Positions 46,243-58,062 of a DNA stretch of 64,000 bases are shown here, in pieces. A program made the translations under genes and the position numbers. Position 1 is the first letter of the stretch. Each line of letters begins with the position of its first letter. Location of the stretch: NCBI GenBank assembly GCA_028709305.1, contig JAQVXE010000002.1, positions 4,097 to 68,096 of the forward strand, given 5' to 3'. Origin of the DNA: Bacillota bacterium (GTDB lineage Bacteria; Bacillota; DTU025). The notes under the pieces were generated by a model, which made no database searches, was not told where the DNA came from, and was given only the letters and a program-made list of their open reading frames with translations.

Positions 46243-46989
46243 CTACGGAAGAGTCAAAACCTCGGGGCCATCGTCAGTTATGGCCACAGTATGCTCAAAG
46301 TGGGCCGACAGCGATCCATCCCGCGTACAAGCGGTCCAGCCGTCATCCATGACTACTACCTCATGCACTCCGGCATTAACCATCGGCTCGATCGCCAGAA
46401 CCATTCCAGACCTGAGCCTGTGCCCCATGCCTGGTGGCCCAAAGTTGGGAATTTGAGGGTCCTCGTGCATGTGTCGCCCGATGCCGTGGCCGACGAAATC
46501 CCTTACCACTGAAAACCCGTTGGCCTCCACATGTTTTTGAATGGCATAGCCGATATCCCCCAAGCGCATCTCAGGCCGCGCCATCTCTATTCCGGCCTCC
46601 AGAGCCTCCCGCGTAACCGTCATCAGCTTCTCTGCCTCCACTGAGACACTTCCTACTGGAAAGGTCACCGCCGCGTCCCCGTGGTAGCCACCGAGGATGG
46701 CTCCACAGTCAATGGAGACTATGTCTCCCTCAGCCAGCGTGCGGTCTCCGGGAATCCCATGGATGATCTCGTTGTTTACCGATGCGCAGATCGACGCCGG
46801 ATACCCTCGATACCCTTTGAAGGACGGCACTCCGCCTCGAGAGCGTATCATGCCTTCCGCAACAGCATCAAGCTCTCGAGTACTCGCACCTGGAACTACA
46901 TGCTCGCGTAATTTCTCCAACACCTGTCCGACCAAAGACCCTGCTCTTCGCATCTGCTCAATCTCAGCCGAAGTCTTTAGAATGATCAT
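46243..46989 (-). CDS. map: type I methionine aminopeptidase
   Basis: 248 aa. Confidence 0.95.
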   Translation of the reverse strand: MIILKTSAEIEQMRRAGSLVGQVLEKLREHVVPGASTRELDAVAEGMIRSRGGVPSFKGYRGYPASICASVNNEIIHGIPGDRTLAEGDIVSIDCGAILGGYHGDAAVTFPVGSVSVEAEKLMTVTREALEAGIEMARPEMRLGDIGYAIQKHVEANGFSVVRDFVGHGIGRHMHEDPQIPNFGPPGMGHRLRSGMVLAIEPMVNAGVHEVVVMDDGWTACTRDGSLSAHFEHTVAITDDGPEVLTLP

Positions 46990-47633
46990 AAGCTACACCC
47001 TTCAAACACACGCACTATGCGCCTATGCACCTCATCGGGATCTCCCGTTCCATCCACTACAGCGAGGCTGCCCTCAGCCGAGTAGTAGTCCCTGAGAGGT
47101 TCCGTTTGCGTCCTGTAGGTCGCAAGCCGCTCCTTCACCGTCTCCGGAGAGTCGTCCTTCCTCTGCACAAGAGCGCCGCCGCACTCGCACGCATGTCCTG
47201 GGGGCGGATTCCACTCTATGTGGTACACACGCCCACACTGTTGACATATCCTGCGCCCAGTCGCCCTTCGTATCAGCTCTTCTTCTGGAACCTCAATGAG
47301 CACCACTACATCTAGCTTCACGTCCTGGCTCGCAAGTATCTCGCCAAGCCCTTCCGCTTGTGGAACCGTCCGAGGGAATCCGTCAAGCACGAAGCCTAAC
47401 CGGGCGTCTGCTTCCGCCAGCCTCTCCCGGACGATACCCATTGTTACGTCATCTGGAACCAGCTTCCCGGCTTCAATAAACCCCCGGGCCTGCTGCCCAA
47501 GGTCAGTCCCTGCCGCTATCGCGGCTCTGAACATATCCCCTGTGGATATGTGCGGGACTCCAAACTCCGTTCCAAGCCTGGCAGCCTGAGTCCCCTTCCC
47601 CGCACTGGGAGGTCCCATCAGTACTGCACGCAT
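46986..47633 (-). CDS. adk: adenylate kinase with a zinc-binding lid
   Basis: About 215 aa from the ATG at 47633. P-loop GPPSAGKGTQA; the lid has CQQCG...CECGG. Confidence 0.95.
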   Translation of the reverse strand: MRAVLMGPPSAGKGTQAARLGTEFGVPHISTGDMFRAAIAAGTDLGQQARGFIEAGKLVPDDVTMGIVRERLAEADARLGFVLDGFPRTVPQAEGLGEILASQDVKLDVVVLIEVPEEELIRRATGRRICQQCGRVYHIEWNPPPGHACECGGALVQRKDDSPETVKERLATYRTQTEPLRDYYSAEGSLAVVDGTGDPDEVHRRIVRVFEGCSL

Positions 47634-47673
47634 TATCTGACGCACTCCCATCCTGTAAGGCATTGTGAAGCGC

Positions 47674-48936
47674 TTACTTCAAGAAGCCTTCGTACTGCCT
47701 CATTATTAGCTGAGCCTCGATCTGTTTCATCGTATCGAGCGCAACTCCCACGACGATCAGCAGCCCTGTGCCGCCGAACGTCACAGTGTTCGATGTGAGT
47801 CGCCCTGTAATGTTTGGCAGAAGCGCTATGATGGCCAGGAATATCGCGCCAACAAAGGTCAACCTCGTCAACACGCGGTCGAGATACTCAGCCGTAGGTC
47901 TGCCCGGCCTGAACCCTGGAATGAATCCACCGTACTTCCTCATGTTATCGGCAACTTCCACCGGGTTAAACGTTATGCCCGTATAGAAGTAGGCGAAAAG
48001 GATTATCAAACCCACATATACGATATTGTAGGCCCACATATTGTTCATGAACGCCCTGACTCCAGGCGCAATCCCAGGTATGAACTGAGCCAACGTGCTG
48101 GGAAATGCCAACACCGATGAAGCGAATATGACAGGTATGACGCCCGCCTGGTTCACTTTGATCGGTATGTGGGTGCTCTGCCCTCCGTACACACGCCGCC
48201 CTACAACTCTCTTGGGATACTGCACCGGAACTCTGCGCTGCCCCTCACTCATGGCCACTACGCCAATTATAAGGGCCAAACTCATCACTACATAGACCAC
48301 CGCAAGCACCGGACCGGCTCCGCCCGACTTTGCCAGGCTCACAACGTTCCTAACATTGCCTGGAAGCTGCGTCACGATACCGGCAAAGATGATCAGAGAG
48401 ATTCCATTGCCGATTCCCTTTTCGGATATCTTCTCGCCGAGCCAGATCACGAACGCCGCGCCAGCAGACATGCTCAGAATCACAAGCAGGGTCCAAATTG
48501 CCCCGGGGCGAATTGCCTCCTTGAACATCGCTGAATACCCATATGCCTGCAACAGAGCAAGCCCAACAGCGGCATATCTCGTGTACTGCGAAATCTTCTT
48601 CCGTCCCTCCGGGCCCTCTTTCGACAATTCCTCAAGCGACGGAATGACGACTGTGAGCAATTCCATGACAATCGACGCGGTAATGTAAGAGCCCACGTTG
48701 ACCGCAAATACCGACAATCTCTGCAGGCTGCCTCCGGAGAACATGTCAACTAGGCCAAGAAGGCCACCGCCTGTTTCACCCATTATCGACTGGAACACCT
48801 CTGCGACCTTGGCCGTGTCGACGCCTGGCGCCGGTATGAAAGAGCCAAGCCTGTACACGAACAAAAGGAACGCGCTGTACAGAATCTTCTTTCGAAGATC
48901 CGGCACTCTCCAAGCGTTTACGAGCGCTGCCAGCAC
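47674..48936 (-). CDS. secY: preprotein translocase SecY
   Basis: 420 aa, polytopic. Confidence 0.95.
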   Translation of the reverse strand: MLAALVNAWRVPDLRKKILYSAFLLFVYRLGSFIPAPGVDTAKVAEVFQSIMGETGGGLLGLVDMFSGGSLQRLSVFAVNVGSYITASIVMELLTVVIPSLEELSKEGPEGRKKISQYTRYAAVGLALLQAYGYSAMFKEAIRPGAIWTLLVILSMSAGAAFVIWLGEKISEKGIGNGISLIIFAGIVTQLPGNVRNVVSLAKSGGAGPVLAVVYVVMSLALIIGVVAMSEGQRRVPVQYPKRVVGRRVYGGQSTHIPIKVNQAGVIPVIFASSVLAFPSTLAQFIPGIAPGVRAFMNNMWAYNIVYVGLIILFAYFYTGITFNPVEVADNMRKYGGFIPGFRPGRPTAEYLDRVLTRLTFVGAIFLAIIALLPNITGRLTSNTVTFGGTGLLIVVGVALDTMKQIEAQLIMRQYEGFLK

Positions 48937-49380
48937 CTATACCACCTCCGCGGAGCCTCCCGCCGCCTTGATCTTCGACATCGCGCTCTCGCTGAACTTG
49001 TCAGCACGAACAGTTAGGGACTTTGTCAGCTCTCCATCTCCAAGAACCTTGACGAGAACGTGCTGCCCTTTCACAAGGCCCTTTTCACGGAGCGTATCCC
49101 CGTCAACCTCTTCGCCGGCTTCAAAAACCCGCTCAAGGTCGCGAATGTTAACCACTGCGTACTCAACCCTATACTTATTGGTAAAGCCCCGCTTCGGCAG
49201 CTGCCTGTAAAGCGGTGTCTGTCCACCTTCAAACCCCGGCCCCTTGCCCCCGCCTGAGCGAGACAGCTGGCCTTTGCTTCCCCGTCCGGCAGTCTTGCCG
49301 TGCCGGGAACCTGTGCCTCGACCTACTCTTTTAGAGGCACGCCTGGCACCGGCCGCAGGCTGTAGTTCATGCAATTTCAT
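48937..49380 (-). CDS. rplO: 50S ribosomal protein L15
   Basis: 147 aa. Confidence 0.95.
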   Translation of the reverse strand: MKLHELQPAAGARRASKRVGRGTGSRHGKTAGRGSKGQLSRSGGGKGPGFEGGQTPLYRQLPKRGFTNKYRVEYAVVNIRDLERVFEAGEEVDGDTLREKGLVKGQHVLVKVLGDGELTKSLTVRADKFSESAMSKIKAAGGSAEVV

Positions 49381-49393
49381 TGCTGTACCCCTC

Positions 49394-49579
49394 TCAGTCG
49401 ATCTCAGTAACCTCGACCAGATGACTTACTTTGCTGATCATGCCCCTGATAACAGGGTTATCATCGTGTTCAACCGTCTGGCCAATCTTGCGGAGCCCCA
49501 GAGAGCGCACGGTGGCCCGCTGGGCTTCGGGTCTGCTGATGGTGCTCCTCTTCAATGTAACAGCTAGCTTCTTTGCCAT
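49394..49579 (-). CDS. rpmD: 50S ribosomal protein L30
   Basis: About 61 aa from the ATG at 49579, with GGAGGGG upstream. Confidence 0.9.
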   Translation of the reverse strand: MAKKLAVTLKRSTISRPEAQRATVRSLGLRKIGQTVEHDDNPVIRGMISKVSHLVEVTEID

Positions 49580-49592
49580 CTTCCGACCCCTC

Positions 49593-50093
49593 CTACCTAG
49601 CAAGTTCCTCGACAGACTTGCCGCGTGTCCGGGCCACCTGCTCCGCGGTGCGCATGGACTGCAAGCCAACCAACGTAGCATTGACCATGCTCATTGGGTT
49701 ATCCGACCCAAGAGACTTTGTGAGTATGTCGCGGTAACCTGCGAGCTCCAGAACGGCTCTGACCGCGCCCCCCGCAATGACCCCCGTTCCAGGGCCGGCG
49801 GGTTTAAGCATAACACATCCGGCAGTGGATTTCGCGGTCACTTCATGCGGAACTGTGGTGCCGACGATCGGAACCGAAATCAAGTTCTTCTTGGCGTCGT
49901 CAACGCCCTTCTTTATGGCCTCCGAAACCTCGTAAGCCTTCCCAAGCCCAGCCCCTACATGTCCATTCTCGTCTCCTACGACGACCAGCGCTCGAAAGCT
50001 TCGTGTTCGACCGCCCTTAGTCACTTTGGACACGGGGTTGATGCTAACCACTCTTTCCTTAAGATCCAGACTATCAGGATTAATCTTTGCCAT
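49593..50093 (-). CDS. rpsE: 30S ribosomal protein S5
   Basis: 166 aa. Confidence 0.95.
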   Translation of the reverse strand: MAKINPDSLDLKERVVSINPVSKVTKGGRTRSFRALVVVGDENGHVGAGLGKAYEVSEAIKKGVDDAKKNLISVPIVGTTVPHEVTAKSTAGCVMLKPAGPGTGVIAGGAVRAVLELAGYRDILTKSLGSDNPMSMVNATLVGLQSMRTAEQVARTRGKSVEELAR

Positions 50094-50112
50094 TTACTGC
50101 CCTCCCCCCGCC

Positions 50113-50481
50113 TTAGAACTCCAGGCCGCCCTTGCGTGCGGCATCAGCCAACGCAGCCACTCTTCCATGGTACAGATTTCCGCCACGATCGAATACGACC
50201 TTGCGAATTCCCTTCTCTATGGCTCGTTCAGCTGCTACTCTGCCCACTTCCTCCGCCGCAGCGATGTTTCCGCCATACCCCGCCTTCGCCCTGATCTCAG
50301 GCTCCACTGAAGACGCCGACACCAGAGTGCGGCCTACCGTGTCATCGATTACCTGAACGTATATATGGGCATGGCTACGAAACACAGACAGCCTCGGGCG
50401 TTCGGCCGTTCCGAGAACGTCCTTCCGAACGCGCTGGTGGCGGCGGGCTAGGGCCGCTCTTCTGTCAACCCTTTTGTACAT
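50113..50481 (-). CDS. rplR: 50S ribosomal protein L18
   Basis: 122 aa. Confidence 0.95.
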   Translation of the reverse strand: MYKRVDRRAALARRHQRVRKDVLGTAERPRLSVFRSHAHIYVQVIDDTVGRTLVSASSVEPEIRAKAGYGGNIAAAEEVGRVAAERAIEKGIRKVVFDRGGNLYHGRVAALADAARKGGLEF

Positions 50482-50520
50482 TGCACGTGGCTCCTTTCAT
50501 TCTGCCGTGAGCTGCTGGAC

Positions 50521-51069
50521 TTAGCCGATGCCGATCTTGCCGGCCTTGCCAGCCTTCAGCGCAACGCGCTCGCCCGCATATCTGATGCCCTTGCCATGAT
50601 ATACTTCGGGCTCCCTGACAGCCCTTATGATCGCAGCGGTCTGCCCAACGAGCTGTCTATCTGCACCTTTAACCGTAACCTTGGTCGCAGATGGAACCTC
50701 TATCTCAATGCCTTCCTCGGGGACTATCTCTACAGGATGCGAGTAGCCCACCTGGAGCACCAATGTTTTGCCTTCCTTAGAAGCTCTATATCCGGTCCCT
50801 ATAATCTCCAGAGACTTCTCAAACCCCTCTGTAACACCATGCACCATGTTTCCGATAAGTGAACGAGTCAGGCCATGCATGGCGTTGTCGGTTCGACTGT
50901 CGGACGGACGCGTTACCAGGAGCTCGCCTTCTGCTATCTCAACGCTGATCCTCTCAGGAATCTCATGCGACAGAGTGCCCTTAGGCCCTTTTACAGTAAG
51001 CATGCGCCCATCCAACTTGACCTCTACATTCTTGGGAACCGGCACTGGCATCTTGCCTATTCTGGACAT
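50521..51069 (-). CDS. rplF: 50S ribosomal protein L6
   Basis: About 182 aa from the ATG at 51069, starting MSRIGKMPV. Confidence 0.95.
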   Translation of the reverse strand: MSRIGKMPVPVPKNVEVKLDGRMLTVKGPKGTLSHEIPERISVEIAEGELLVTRPSDSRTDNAMHGLTRSLIGNMVHGVTEGFEKSLEIIGTGYRASKEGKTLVLQVGYSHPVEIVPEEGIEIEVPSATKVTVKGADRQLVGQTAAIIRAVREPEVYHGKGIRYAGERVALKAGKAGKIGIG

Positions 51070-51080
51070 ACCTACACCAC

Positions 51081-51479
51081 CTACCACATGTAGCAGATGA
51101 CTTCCCCGCCAAGCCCAGCTTCCCTTGCCTGACGGTCTGTCATCAGCCCACGAGATGTAGAGATTACGGCCGTTCCCAGGCCGTTTAGGACCTTCGGGAC
51201 CTCATCCTTCTTAACGTAAACCCTAAGGCCGGGCTTGCTTATACGCTTGAGGCCGTGTATGGTCCTCTGTTTGCTCGGTCCGTACTTCATGTAGACCTTG
51301 ATAACGTCGTATTTCTCTCCCCGAGTGACCTCAAAGCCACGGATGTAGCCCTCATCCTTCATTATCTCAGCAAGGTCTGCCTTCATCCGAGACGCCGGTA
51401 TCTCAACGACCTCATGGGTCACTGTATTCGCGTTACGTATTCTTGTAAGCATATCCGCGATCGGGTCTGTCAACACCAT
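51081..51479 (-). CDS. rpsH: 30S ribosomal protein S8
   Basis: 132 aa. Confidence 0.95.
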   Translation of the reverse strand: MVLTDPIADMLTRIRNANTVTHEVVEIPASRMKADLAEIMKDEGYIRGFEVTRGEKYDVIKVYMKYGPSKQRTIHGLKRISKPGLRVYVKKDEVPKVLNGLGTAVISTSRGLMTDRQAREAGLGGEVICYMW

Positions 51480-51514
51480 CGTCCTCTACCTCCTCTCGTG
51501 GCGTGCCCCTGCTA

Positions 51515-51700
51515 TCACCAACTCGCCTTGGTCACGCCTGGGATTTCTCCCCTCGAGGCGAGAGTTCGGAAGCAGATCCTGCACATCTTGAATTTGCGCA
51601 TATATCCTCTCGGCCGCCCGCAAATCGAGCACCGGTTGTACTGCCTCACTTTGTATTTCGGCTCTCTTTTCCACTTTTCCACAAGCCCCTTCCGCGCCAT
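51515..51700 (-). CDS. rpsN: 30S ribosomal protein S14 type Z (zinc-binding)
   Basis: 61 aa with CxxC...CxxC. Confidence 0.95.
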   Translation of the reverse strand: MARKGLVEKWKREPKYKVRQYNRCSICGRPRGYMRKFKMCRICFRTLASRGEIPGVTKASW

Positions 51701-51712
51701 ATCTTACCCTCC

Positions 51713-52267
51713 TTACTGCAGCCTAACTGGTAGGCCCATGAGTTTCAACAGCTCAAGGGCTTCTTCATCCGTCTGCGCACTGGTCACTATCGTGATATCC
51801 ATGCCACGGATCTTGTCTACATCATCATACTTTACCTCAGGGAAAACAAGCTGCTCCTTGAGACCCAGAGTATAGTTTCCGCGCCCGTCGAAGGCGTCGG
51901 GTGAGACTCCTCTGAAATCCCTGATCCTTGGAAGAGCAATATTGAACAGCTTATCCAGGAAATAATACATCCTTGCGCCACGGAGCGTTACTTTGCAGCC
52001 GATCGGAACTCCGGCACGCAGCTTGAACGCTGCGATTGACTTCTTCGCCCGGGTGATTATAGCACGCTGCCCGGTAATCTCAGCCAGTTCGTCGGCGGCC
52101 GCGTCAAGCGCCTTGGGGTCCACAATGGCGTCTGATACGCCTCTGTTGACGATGACCTTCTCAACCTTTGGAACCTCCATGACGTTCTTGTATTCGAACC
52201 TCTGCATAAGCGCAGGGACAACTTCGTTCTCGTATTTCTCCTTCAGCCGCGGAGTCGGCGCCTCCAT
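51713..52267 (-). CDS. rplE: 50S ribosomal protein L5
   Basis: 184 aa. Confidence 0.95.
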   Translation of the reverse strand: MEAPTPRLKEKYENEVVPALMQRFEYKNVMEVPKVEKVIVNRGVSDAIVDPKALDAAADELAEITGQRAIITRAKKSIAAFKLRAGVPIGCKVTLRGARMYYFLDKLFNIALPRIRDFRGVSPDAFDGRGNYTLGLKEQLVFPEVKYDDVDKIRGMDITIVTSAQTDEEALELLKLMGLPVRLQ

Positions 52268-52300
52268 ATACTTGACCCCCTCTCAGGCCTATCCACTATC

Positions 52301-52633
52301 CTACTTCTTGTCTAGCTTAGCCCCGCACTTCTTGCATACTCTTACGGACTTGCCAGACTCCTGCAGCTCCATTCCAACCCGTGTGGGCTTATTGCACTTG
52401 CTGCAGACTACCATGACTTTGCCCAGCGCCACAGGTGCAGGTTTGTCGACAATGCCGCCCTGTGGATTCGCAGTGCTCGGGCGGGTATGCCTCTTCACGA
52501 TGTTCAGGTTCTCAATAATAACCTTCTGCTCGCGAGGGAAAACCCTGAGCACCTTCCCTCTCCTGCCTGCATCCTTGCCATGGAGAACCATGACAGTGTC
52601 GCCCTTCTTGACCTTCTTTACAGATATCGTCAT
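52301..52633 (-). CDS. rplX: 50S ribosomal protein L24
   Basis: About 110 aa from the ATG at 52633, with GAGGAGGTG 8 nt upstream. It has a KOW motif. Confidence 0.95.
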   Translation of the reverse strand: MTISVKKVKKGDTVMVLHGKDAGRRGKVLRVFPREQKVIIENLNIVKRHTRPSTANPQGGIVDKPAPVALGKVMVVCSKCNKPTRVGMELQESGKSVRVCKKCGAKLDKK

Positions 52634-52671
52634 TCTGTCCACACCTCCTCGCAACCGGGATTCCCCGTAGC

Positions 52672-53040
52672 CTAGAGGACCTCCGGAGCAAGCGAAATGA
52701 TCTTCATGAAGCTTCGATCACGAAGCTCGCGCGCCACAGGCCCGAAGATTCGCGTGCCCCTCGGGTTGTTATTATCGTCGATAACGACTGCCGCGTTCTC
52801 GTCAAATCGTATATATGTGCCGTCGGGCCGCCTAAGCTCCTTCTTGGTGCGGACGATAACAGCTTGCACGATCTCGCCTTTCTTGACAACGCCCCCGGGC
52901 GTAGCCTCTTTGACAGTGCCAACTATGATGTCGCCAATGCTGGCATACCGCCGATTTCCGCCGCCCAACACGCGAAAGCACATCACTTTCTTAGCGCCTG
53001 TATTGTCCGCTATATTCAGTACGGTCTGGGCCTGAATCAC
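52672..53040 (-). CDS. rplN: 50S ribosomal protein L14
   Basis: 122 aa. Confidence 0.95.
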   Translation of the reverse strand: MIQAQTVLNIADNTGAKKVMCFRVLGGGNRRYASIGDIIVGTVKEATPGGVVKKGEIVQAVIVRTKKELRRPDGTYIRFDENAAVVIDDNNNPRGTRIFGPVARELRDRSFMKIISLAPEVL

Positions 53041-53070
53041 AGAGTGTTCCTCCCTTCAATAGGGCCCTCG

Positions 53071-53331
53071 TTACTTAGCCTTCTCTACTATTGCCACAAG
53101 CCTCCAACGCTTATCGCGTGAGATCGGCCGGGTCTCCATCACGAGAACCTTGTCGCCTACCCTGCTCTCGTTATGCTCATCATGCACCTTCACCTTGCTG
53201 CTTCGACGCACGACCTTTCCGTACAATGGATCTCTGTAGGCGCGCTGCAGTTCCACCACTCGAGTCTTGTCCATCGCATCACTTACTACGAACCCGACTC
53301 TCTCTTTGCGTTCATGCCTCGCAGTCTCCAT
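53071..53331 (-). CDS. rpsQ: 30S ribosomal protein S17
   Basis: 86 aa. Confidence 0.95.
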   Translation of the reverse strand: METARHERKERVGFVVSDAMDKTRVVELQRAYRDPLYGKVVRRSSKVKVHDEHNESRVGDKVLVMETRPISRDKRWRLVAIVEKAK

Positions 53332-53346
53332 GACCTGGCCTCCCCT

Positions 53347-53550
53347 CTACCCTCGTACAATTCTGAGCTCGCGCTCCCTCATTTCCGTCCTTACCCTGGC
53401 GATGTTACGCCTAACATCCTTTATCCGATGCGGGTTATCCAGCTGGTTTGTGGCGAGCTGAAACCTGAGGTTAAAGAGTTCCTCCTTGAGGCCTTCCAGC
53501 CTAGTATCGAGTTGCTCGGGCGTCATCTCTCTGAGCTCTCTAGCCTTCAT
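53347..53550 (-). CDS. rpmC: 50S ribosomal protein L29
   Basis: About 67 aa from the ATG at 53550. Confidence 0.9.
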   Translation of the reverse strand: MKARELREMTPEQLDTRLEGLKEELFNLRFQLATNQLDNPHRIKDVRRNIARVRTEMRERELRIVRG

Positions 53551-53974
53551 CGGCTTCACCACCCGCTTCTTCTCTCTTTACAAACCTAGTCTTGATTGGC
53601 AGCTTATGACCTGCCAGCCTCATTGCCTCACGGGCTATCTCTTCGGTAACTCCGCCCATCTCAAACATGACCCTGCCGGGCTTTACCACTGCCACCCAGT
53701 ACTCCGGTGCCCCTTTGCCGCTTCCCATACGGGTTTCAGCAGGCTTCTTGCTGACGGGCTTGTCGGGGAATATCTTGATCCATACCCTACCGCCGCGCCT
53801 AATGTACCGTGTCATGGAAATACGAGCGGCCTCTATCTGGCGCGATGTTATCCATCCAGGCTCAAGCGCCTGAAGGCCATAGTCCCCATGAACGACGGTA
53901 GTTCCCCGTGTGGCGACGCCTTTCATGCGTCCCCTCTGCTGCTTTCGGTACTTGACCTTCTTGGGCATCAGCAT
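53540..53974 (-). CDS. rplP: 50S ribosomal protein L16
   Basis: 144 aa, starting [15 protein letters not shown]. Confidence 0.95.
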   Translation of the reverse strand: MLMPKKVKYRKQQRGRMKGVATRGTTVVHGDYGLQALEPGWITSRQIEAARISMTRYIRRGGRVWIKIFPDKPVSKKPAETRMGSGKGAPEYWVAVVKPGRVMFEMGGVTEEIAREAMRLAGHKLPIKTRFVKREEAGGEADEG

Positions 53975-54640
53975 TTATCGAGCCCCTCCCCCCTGCCGAG
54001 CTTTCTCCGACTTCGACGGGAGAACGTCACCCTTGTATATCCACACCTTCACGCCGATTCTGCCGTATGTTGTCTTGGCTTCAGTAAAGCCATAGTCAAT
54101 ATCTGCTCTTAGCGTGTGAAGGGGAAGCTTGCCGTAACTGTATCCTTCCGTCCTGGCTATTTCGGCGCCGCCCAGACGACCGCTGGACTTCACGCGCATT
54201 CCTTGAACACCAAGCCTCTCGGCTCTACCCATCGACTGCTTCATGGCACGCCTGAAGGAGATTCTCCTCTCCAGCTGAGCCGCGATGTTCTCTGCAACAA
54301 GCTGCGCATCAAGCTCGGGGCGCTTGATCTCCATGATGTTCACTGAAACCTGTTTGCCAGTCCTAGCCTCTAGCTCCTTACGGAGTGCCTCTGCCTCCGA
54401 ACCGCCGCGCCCAATAACCATTCCAGGACGGGCAGTGTGGATAGTGACTCTGATCCTGTTTGCTGCGCGCTCAATCTGTATCCGTGAAACGCTGGCAGCA
54501 TAGAGTCGGTCCTTAATATATCTCCTGAGCTTCAAGTCTTCATGGAGAAACTCGGCGTATGTCTTATCTGCGTACCACGTAGATTCCCAGGTCCGGTTGA
54601 TACCAAGCCGCAGACCTATAGGATTGACTTTTTGCCCCAC
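53975..54640 (-). CDS. rpsC: 30S ribosomal protein S3
   Basis: 221 aa. Confidence 0.95.
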   Translation of the reverse strand: MGQKVNPIGLRLGINRTWESTWYADKTYAEFLHEDLKLRRYIKDRLYAASVSRIQIERAANRIRVTIHTARPGMVIGRGGSEAEALRKELEARTGKQVSVNIMEIKRPELDAQLVAENIAAQLERRISFRRAMKQSMGRAERLGVQGMRVKSSGRLGGAEIARTEGYSYGKLPLHTLRADIDYGFTEAKTTYGRIGVKVWIYKGDVLPSKSEKARQGGGAR

Positions 54641-54643
54641 ACT

Positions 54644-54982
54644 CTAACCCTCCCTCTCTCTGACCACTACTGTTATATGGCTCGTGCGCTTGAGGATTTG
54701 GCTTGCCATGCCTCTTGCGCGCGGCCTTATCCGCTTGAGCGTAGGGCCGGCGTCAACATAAGCCTCAGCAACATACAGGTCATCCCTGCTGAGGTCAAGG
54801 TTGTTCTCAGCATTTGCTGCTGCAGACGCAACAACCTTACTTACCGGCTCTGCTGCAATGTGCGGAGTATACCTTAGAATGGTCAGGGCTTCATCAATGC
54901 TCTTGCCGCGCACCAGATCCACAACTCTGCGAACCTTCTGTGGCGACATGCGCACGTAACGCGCAATCGCTCTCGCTTCCAC
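54644..54982 (-). CDS. rplV: 50S ribosomal protein L22
   Basis: 112 aa. Confidence 0.95.
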   Translation of the reverse strand: MEARAIARYVRMSPQKVRRVVDLVRGKSIDEALTILRYTPHIAAEPVSKVVASAAANAENNLDLSRDDLYVAEAYVDAGPTLKRIRPRARGMASQILKRTSHITVVVREREG

Positions 54983-54996
54983 TTGCCCCCGACCCC

Positions 54997-55287
54997 CTAC
55001 TTCCTCGTTATTTGGGTAGGCTTATCTGACGACAACCTATGGCCCCTGAATACTCTGGTTGGAGCGAACTCCCCAAGTCTGTGCCCTACCATGTCTTCCA
55101 CGATATATATCGGAACATGCCTGCGCCCATCATGCACAGCTATTGTGTGGCCAAGCATGTCTGGCGTAATCATTGACGATCTCGACCAGGTCTTTATGAT
55201 CTCTTTCTTGCCGGCCGAATTAAGTCTTTCGACCTTTTCGGCCAAAGCCTCATGGACATAAGGGCCCTTCTTCAGCGATCTGCTCAT
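54997..55287 (-). CDS. rpsS: 30S ribosomal protein S19
   Basis: 96 aa. Confidence 0.95.
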   Translation of the reverse strand: MSRSLKKGPYVHEALAEKVERLNSAGKKEIIKTWSRSSMITPDMLGHTIAVHDGRRHVPIYIVEDMVGHRLGEFAPTRVFRGHRLSSDKPTQITRK

Positions 55288-55319
55288 GTGTTGGCGCGCC
55301 TCCTTTCAGAACACACTTC

Positions 55320-56150
55320 TTACTTCTTGCCCCGGCGACGGACTATCAACCTGTCAGAAGCCTTGGGCTTGCGCGTCCTGTATCCCAAAGTCGGAACTCC
55401 CCACGGTGTGACTGGGCTCTTCAGTCCAATGGGCGACCTTCCTTCGCCGCCTCCATGTGGATGATCCACAGGGTTCATTGCGACTCCGCGAACGCTGGGC
55501 CTTCTGCCCGCCCATCGATTCCGCCCCGCCTTTCCCAGGGAGATGTTCTCATGCTCTACATTTCCAACCTGGCCCACAGTAGCCCGACACTCGCACCGAA
55601 CCATCCTCATCTCGGTGGAGGGCAGCCGAAGAGTGACGTATCCGCCCTCTCTTGCCATGATCTGGGCGCTAGCCCCTGCTGATCTGGCAAGTTGTGCGCC
55701 ACGTCCGGCTGTAAGTTCGACCGCATGCACAACTGTTCCCACTGGGATGTTGGCAAGAGGCAACGCATTGCCCGGCTTGATATCAGCGTCAGGGCCCGAC
55801 TCTATGATGTCGCCGACCTTCAGCCCAAGGGGGGCAAGGATGTATCGCTTCTCGCCATCCGCATAATTGACCAGAGCAATCCGTGCGGACCGGTTAGGAT
55901 CGTATTCTATGGACGCGATTCTGCCAGGAATCCCATCCTTGTCGCGCTTGAAATCGATAACACGATATGCTCTCTTGTGGCCGCCACCCCTGGCTCGAAC
56001 GGTCAGCCTGCCCTGAGCATTCCGACCGCCGCTCTTCTTAAGCGGAATTACCAGCGACTTTTCAGGCTTGGATGAGGTAATCTCCTCAAACGTGGCCACC
56101 GTCATTTGCCGCCGTGCCGGCGTCGTGGGTTTGAAACTTTTGACTCCCAT
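55320..56150 (-). CDS. rplB: 50S ribosomal protein L2
   Basis: 276 aa. Confidence 0.95.
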   Translation of the reverse strand: MGVKSFKPTTPARRQMTVATFEEITSSKPEKSLVIPLKKSGGRNAQGRLTVRARGGGHKRAYRVIDFKRDKDGIPGRIASIEYDPNRSARIALVNYADGEKRYILAPLGLKVGDIIESGPDADIKPGNALPLANIPVGTVVHAVELTAGRGAQLARSAGASAQIMAREGGYVTLRLPSTEMRMVRCECRATVGQVGNVEHENISLGKAGRNRWAGRRPSVRGVAMNPVDHPHGGGEGRSPIGLKSPVTPWGVPTLGYRTRKPKASDRLIVRRRGKK

Positions 56151-56174
56151 CCCGCATACCTCCTTTGCGTGAAC

Positions 56175-56465
56175 TTAGACCCCTTCGAAGAGCGGGATGG
56201 TCTCCCCGTCCTGCAAGGTAACGACAGCCTTTTTCCAGGCTGGGGTCATGCCCTCCGAACGTCCCTGCCTCTTCAGCTTGCCAGGAACCCTCATGGTGTT
56301 GACTGCAGCAACCTTAACTTCGAAGATGTCTTCGATAGCCCTGGCTATCTCGATCTTGTTCGCATCATACTTCACTTTGAAAACGTACTTGCTATCCGCC
56401 GCCATGGCAGTGCTCTTCTCAGTGATAATCGGCTCCATGATAATGTCTCGCGAGTGTGCCATCAC
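56175..56465 (-). CDS. rplW: 50S ribosomal protein L23
   Basis: 96 aa. Confidence 0.95.
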   Translation of the reverse strand: MMAHSRDIIMEPIITEKSTAMAADSKYVFKVKYDANKIEIARAIEDIFEVKVAAVNTMRVPGKLKRQGRSEGMTPAWKKAVVTLQDGETIPLFEGV

Positions 56466-57082
56466 GCCAACGCCTCCTCCGCCTTTGAAACCGCTTCGCG
56501 CGTAAGCACTAGCGCTGGGTGGTTCACAATATCGTAGACGTTCAAGCCATCAACATGGAGAACCGCGGTCCCCGGAATGTTCCGAGTCGACTTCTCCACG
56601 ACTTCGTTCTGCACGTCAGTTACCACGAGAGCCTTCGCGACGCCTATATTCTGGAACAGCGCCGCCATGCTCTTCGTACTCGGCTCAGAAAGTTCAATGG
56701 CGTCGATCACATATACTGCATTCTCCTGAGCCCTGGCCGATAGCGCTGACAGCAGCGCCAGCCTCCGAACCTTCTTCGGAATCCTATAGCCATACTCTCT
56801 CGGCTTGGGGCCAAACACTACTCCGCCGCCGACCCATACGGGCGACCTGCGCGACCCATGCCTGGCCCTTCCGGTCCCCTTCTGCCGCCACGGCTTTCGG
56901 CCGCCGCCCCGAACTTCGGAGATGGTCTTCGTGCTATGCGTGCCCGACCTTCTACTGGCAAGCTGAAGTCTAACAGCTTCATGCACTGCGTGCGTGTTGG
57001 GCTCTATTCCGAAGACGGCTTCAGGAAGCTCTACCTCTCCGAGCCTATTGCCTTTTGCATCGAACAATGGTGCTTTGGGCAT
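56462..57082 (-). CDS. rplD: 50S ribosomal protein L4
   Basis: 206 aa. Confidence 0.95.
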   Translation of the reverse strand: MPKAPLFDAKGNRLGEVELPEAVFGIEPNTHAVHEAVRLQLASRRSGTHSTKTISEVRGGGRKPWRQKGTGRARHGSRRSPVWVGGGVVFGPKPREYGYRIPKKVRRLALLSALSARAQENAVYVIDAIELSEPSTKSMAALFQNIGVAKALVVTDVQNEVVEKSTRNIPGTAVLHVDGLNVYDIVNHPALVLTREAVSKAEEALA

Positions 57083-57098
57083 CCCCTGCGCCTCCTTA

Positions 57099-57731
57099 CT
57101 ATGCCTTCGCCTTTACAGAATCCCGGACAGTCACAAGACCATGATTAGCGCCAGGGATTGAACCCCGCACCATCAGCAGGTTCCTCTCCGGGTCGACCTT
57201 TACGACCTTCAGTCCCAGGCTTGTCGTTCTCGCGCCGCCAAGCCTGCCTGCCATCTTTCGTCCCTTGAACACCCTGGAGGGGCCGGTCGCGCCCAGTGAT
57301 CCCACTCCCCGATGGTAGTGGGAACCGTGCGACATCGGACCGCGACTGAAATTCCATCTCCTCATCGGGCCGGAAAACCCTTTGCCCCTCGAGATGCCAG
57401 TCACATCAACCAGGTCGCCTTCTGACCACTGGTCGACCTTGATCTCCTGGCCGAGCTCATAGGCATCAGCTGACTCTATGCGAAACTCCCTAAGATGCTT
57501 GCTAGGCCCTACATTAGCCTTAGCGTAATGGCCGGCCATGGGCTTGCTTATGCGTCGCTTGTCTACTGTGCCAAACCCGACCTGGATAGCTTCATAGCCA
57601 TCAGTGGCTGTGTGCTTCTTCTGAACAACGTAACATGGCCCTGCCTCTATAACTGTAACCGGATGAACCCTGCCCTCTCCATCGAAAACTTGGGTCATCC
57701 CAATCTTTCTGCCGATTATGGCTCTGCCCAC
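57099..57731 (-). CDS. rplC: 50S ribosomal protein L3
   Basis: 210 aa. Confidence 0.95.
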   Translation of the reverse strand: MGRAIIGRKIGMTQVFDGEGRVHPVTVIEAGPCYVVQKKHTATDGYEAIQVGFGTVDKRRISKPMAGHYAKANVGPSKHLREFRIESADAYELGQEIKVDQWSEGDLVDVTGISRGKGFSGPMRRWNFSRGPMSHGSHYHRGVGSLGATGPSRVFKGRKMAGRLGGARTTSLGLKVVKVDPERNLLMVRGSIPGANHGLVTVRDSVKAKA

Positions 57732-57751
57732 GCCTCACACCCCCTCATGGC

Positions 57752-58060
57752 CTACAACTTAATCTCTATGTCTACTCCTGCCGGCAGGTCAAGACGCATC
57801 AAGGCGTCGATGGTCTTGGGAGTAGGCTCCAGAATGTCTATCAGTCGCTTATGAGTCCTCATCTCAAACTGCTCACGAGAATCCTTGTCGACGTGAACAG
57901 AGCGGAGAACAGTGTATACGTTCCTTTCCGTCGGAAGAGGGACAGGTCCCGAAACATCTGACCCCATTCTCTTAGCAGTCTCCACGATTCTCTCTGCAGA
58001 CTGATCCAATATCTTATGATCAAACGCCTTCAACTTGATCCGGATTTTCTCAGTTGCCAC
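57752..58060 (-). CDS. rpsJ: 30S ribosomal protein S10
   Basis: 102 aa. Confidence 0.95.
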   Translation of the reverse strand: MATEKIRIKLKAFDHKILDQSAERIVETAKRMGSDVSGPVPLPTERNVYTVLRSVHVDKDSREQFEMRTHKRLIDILEPTPKTIDALMRLDLPAGVDIEIKL

Positions 58061-58062
58061 GT

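Noticed and set aside
49431-50294. Long plus-strand ORFs across the ribosomal cluster. Others lie at 51255-51875, 58054-58893, 60877-61650 and 62417-63109.
   Set aside because: All are antisense to unmistakable ribosomal-protein or elongation-factor genes. Their translations are low-complexity.
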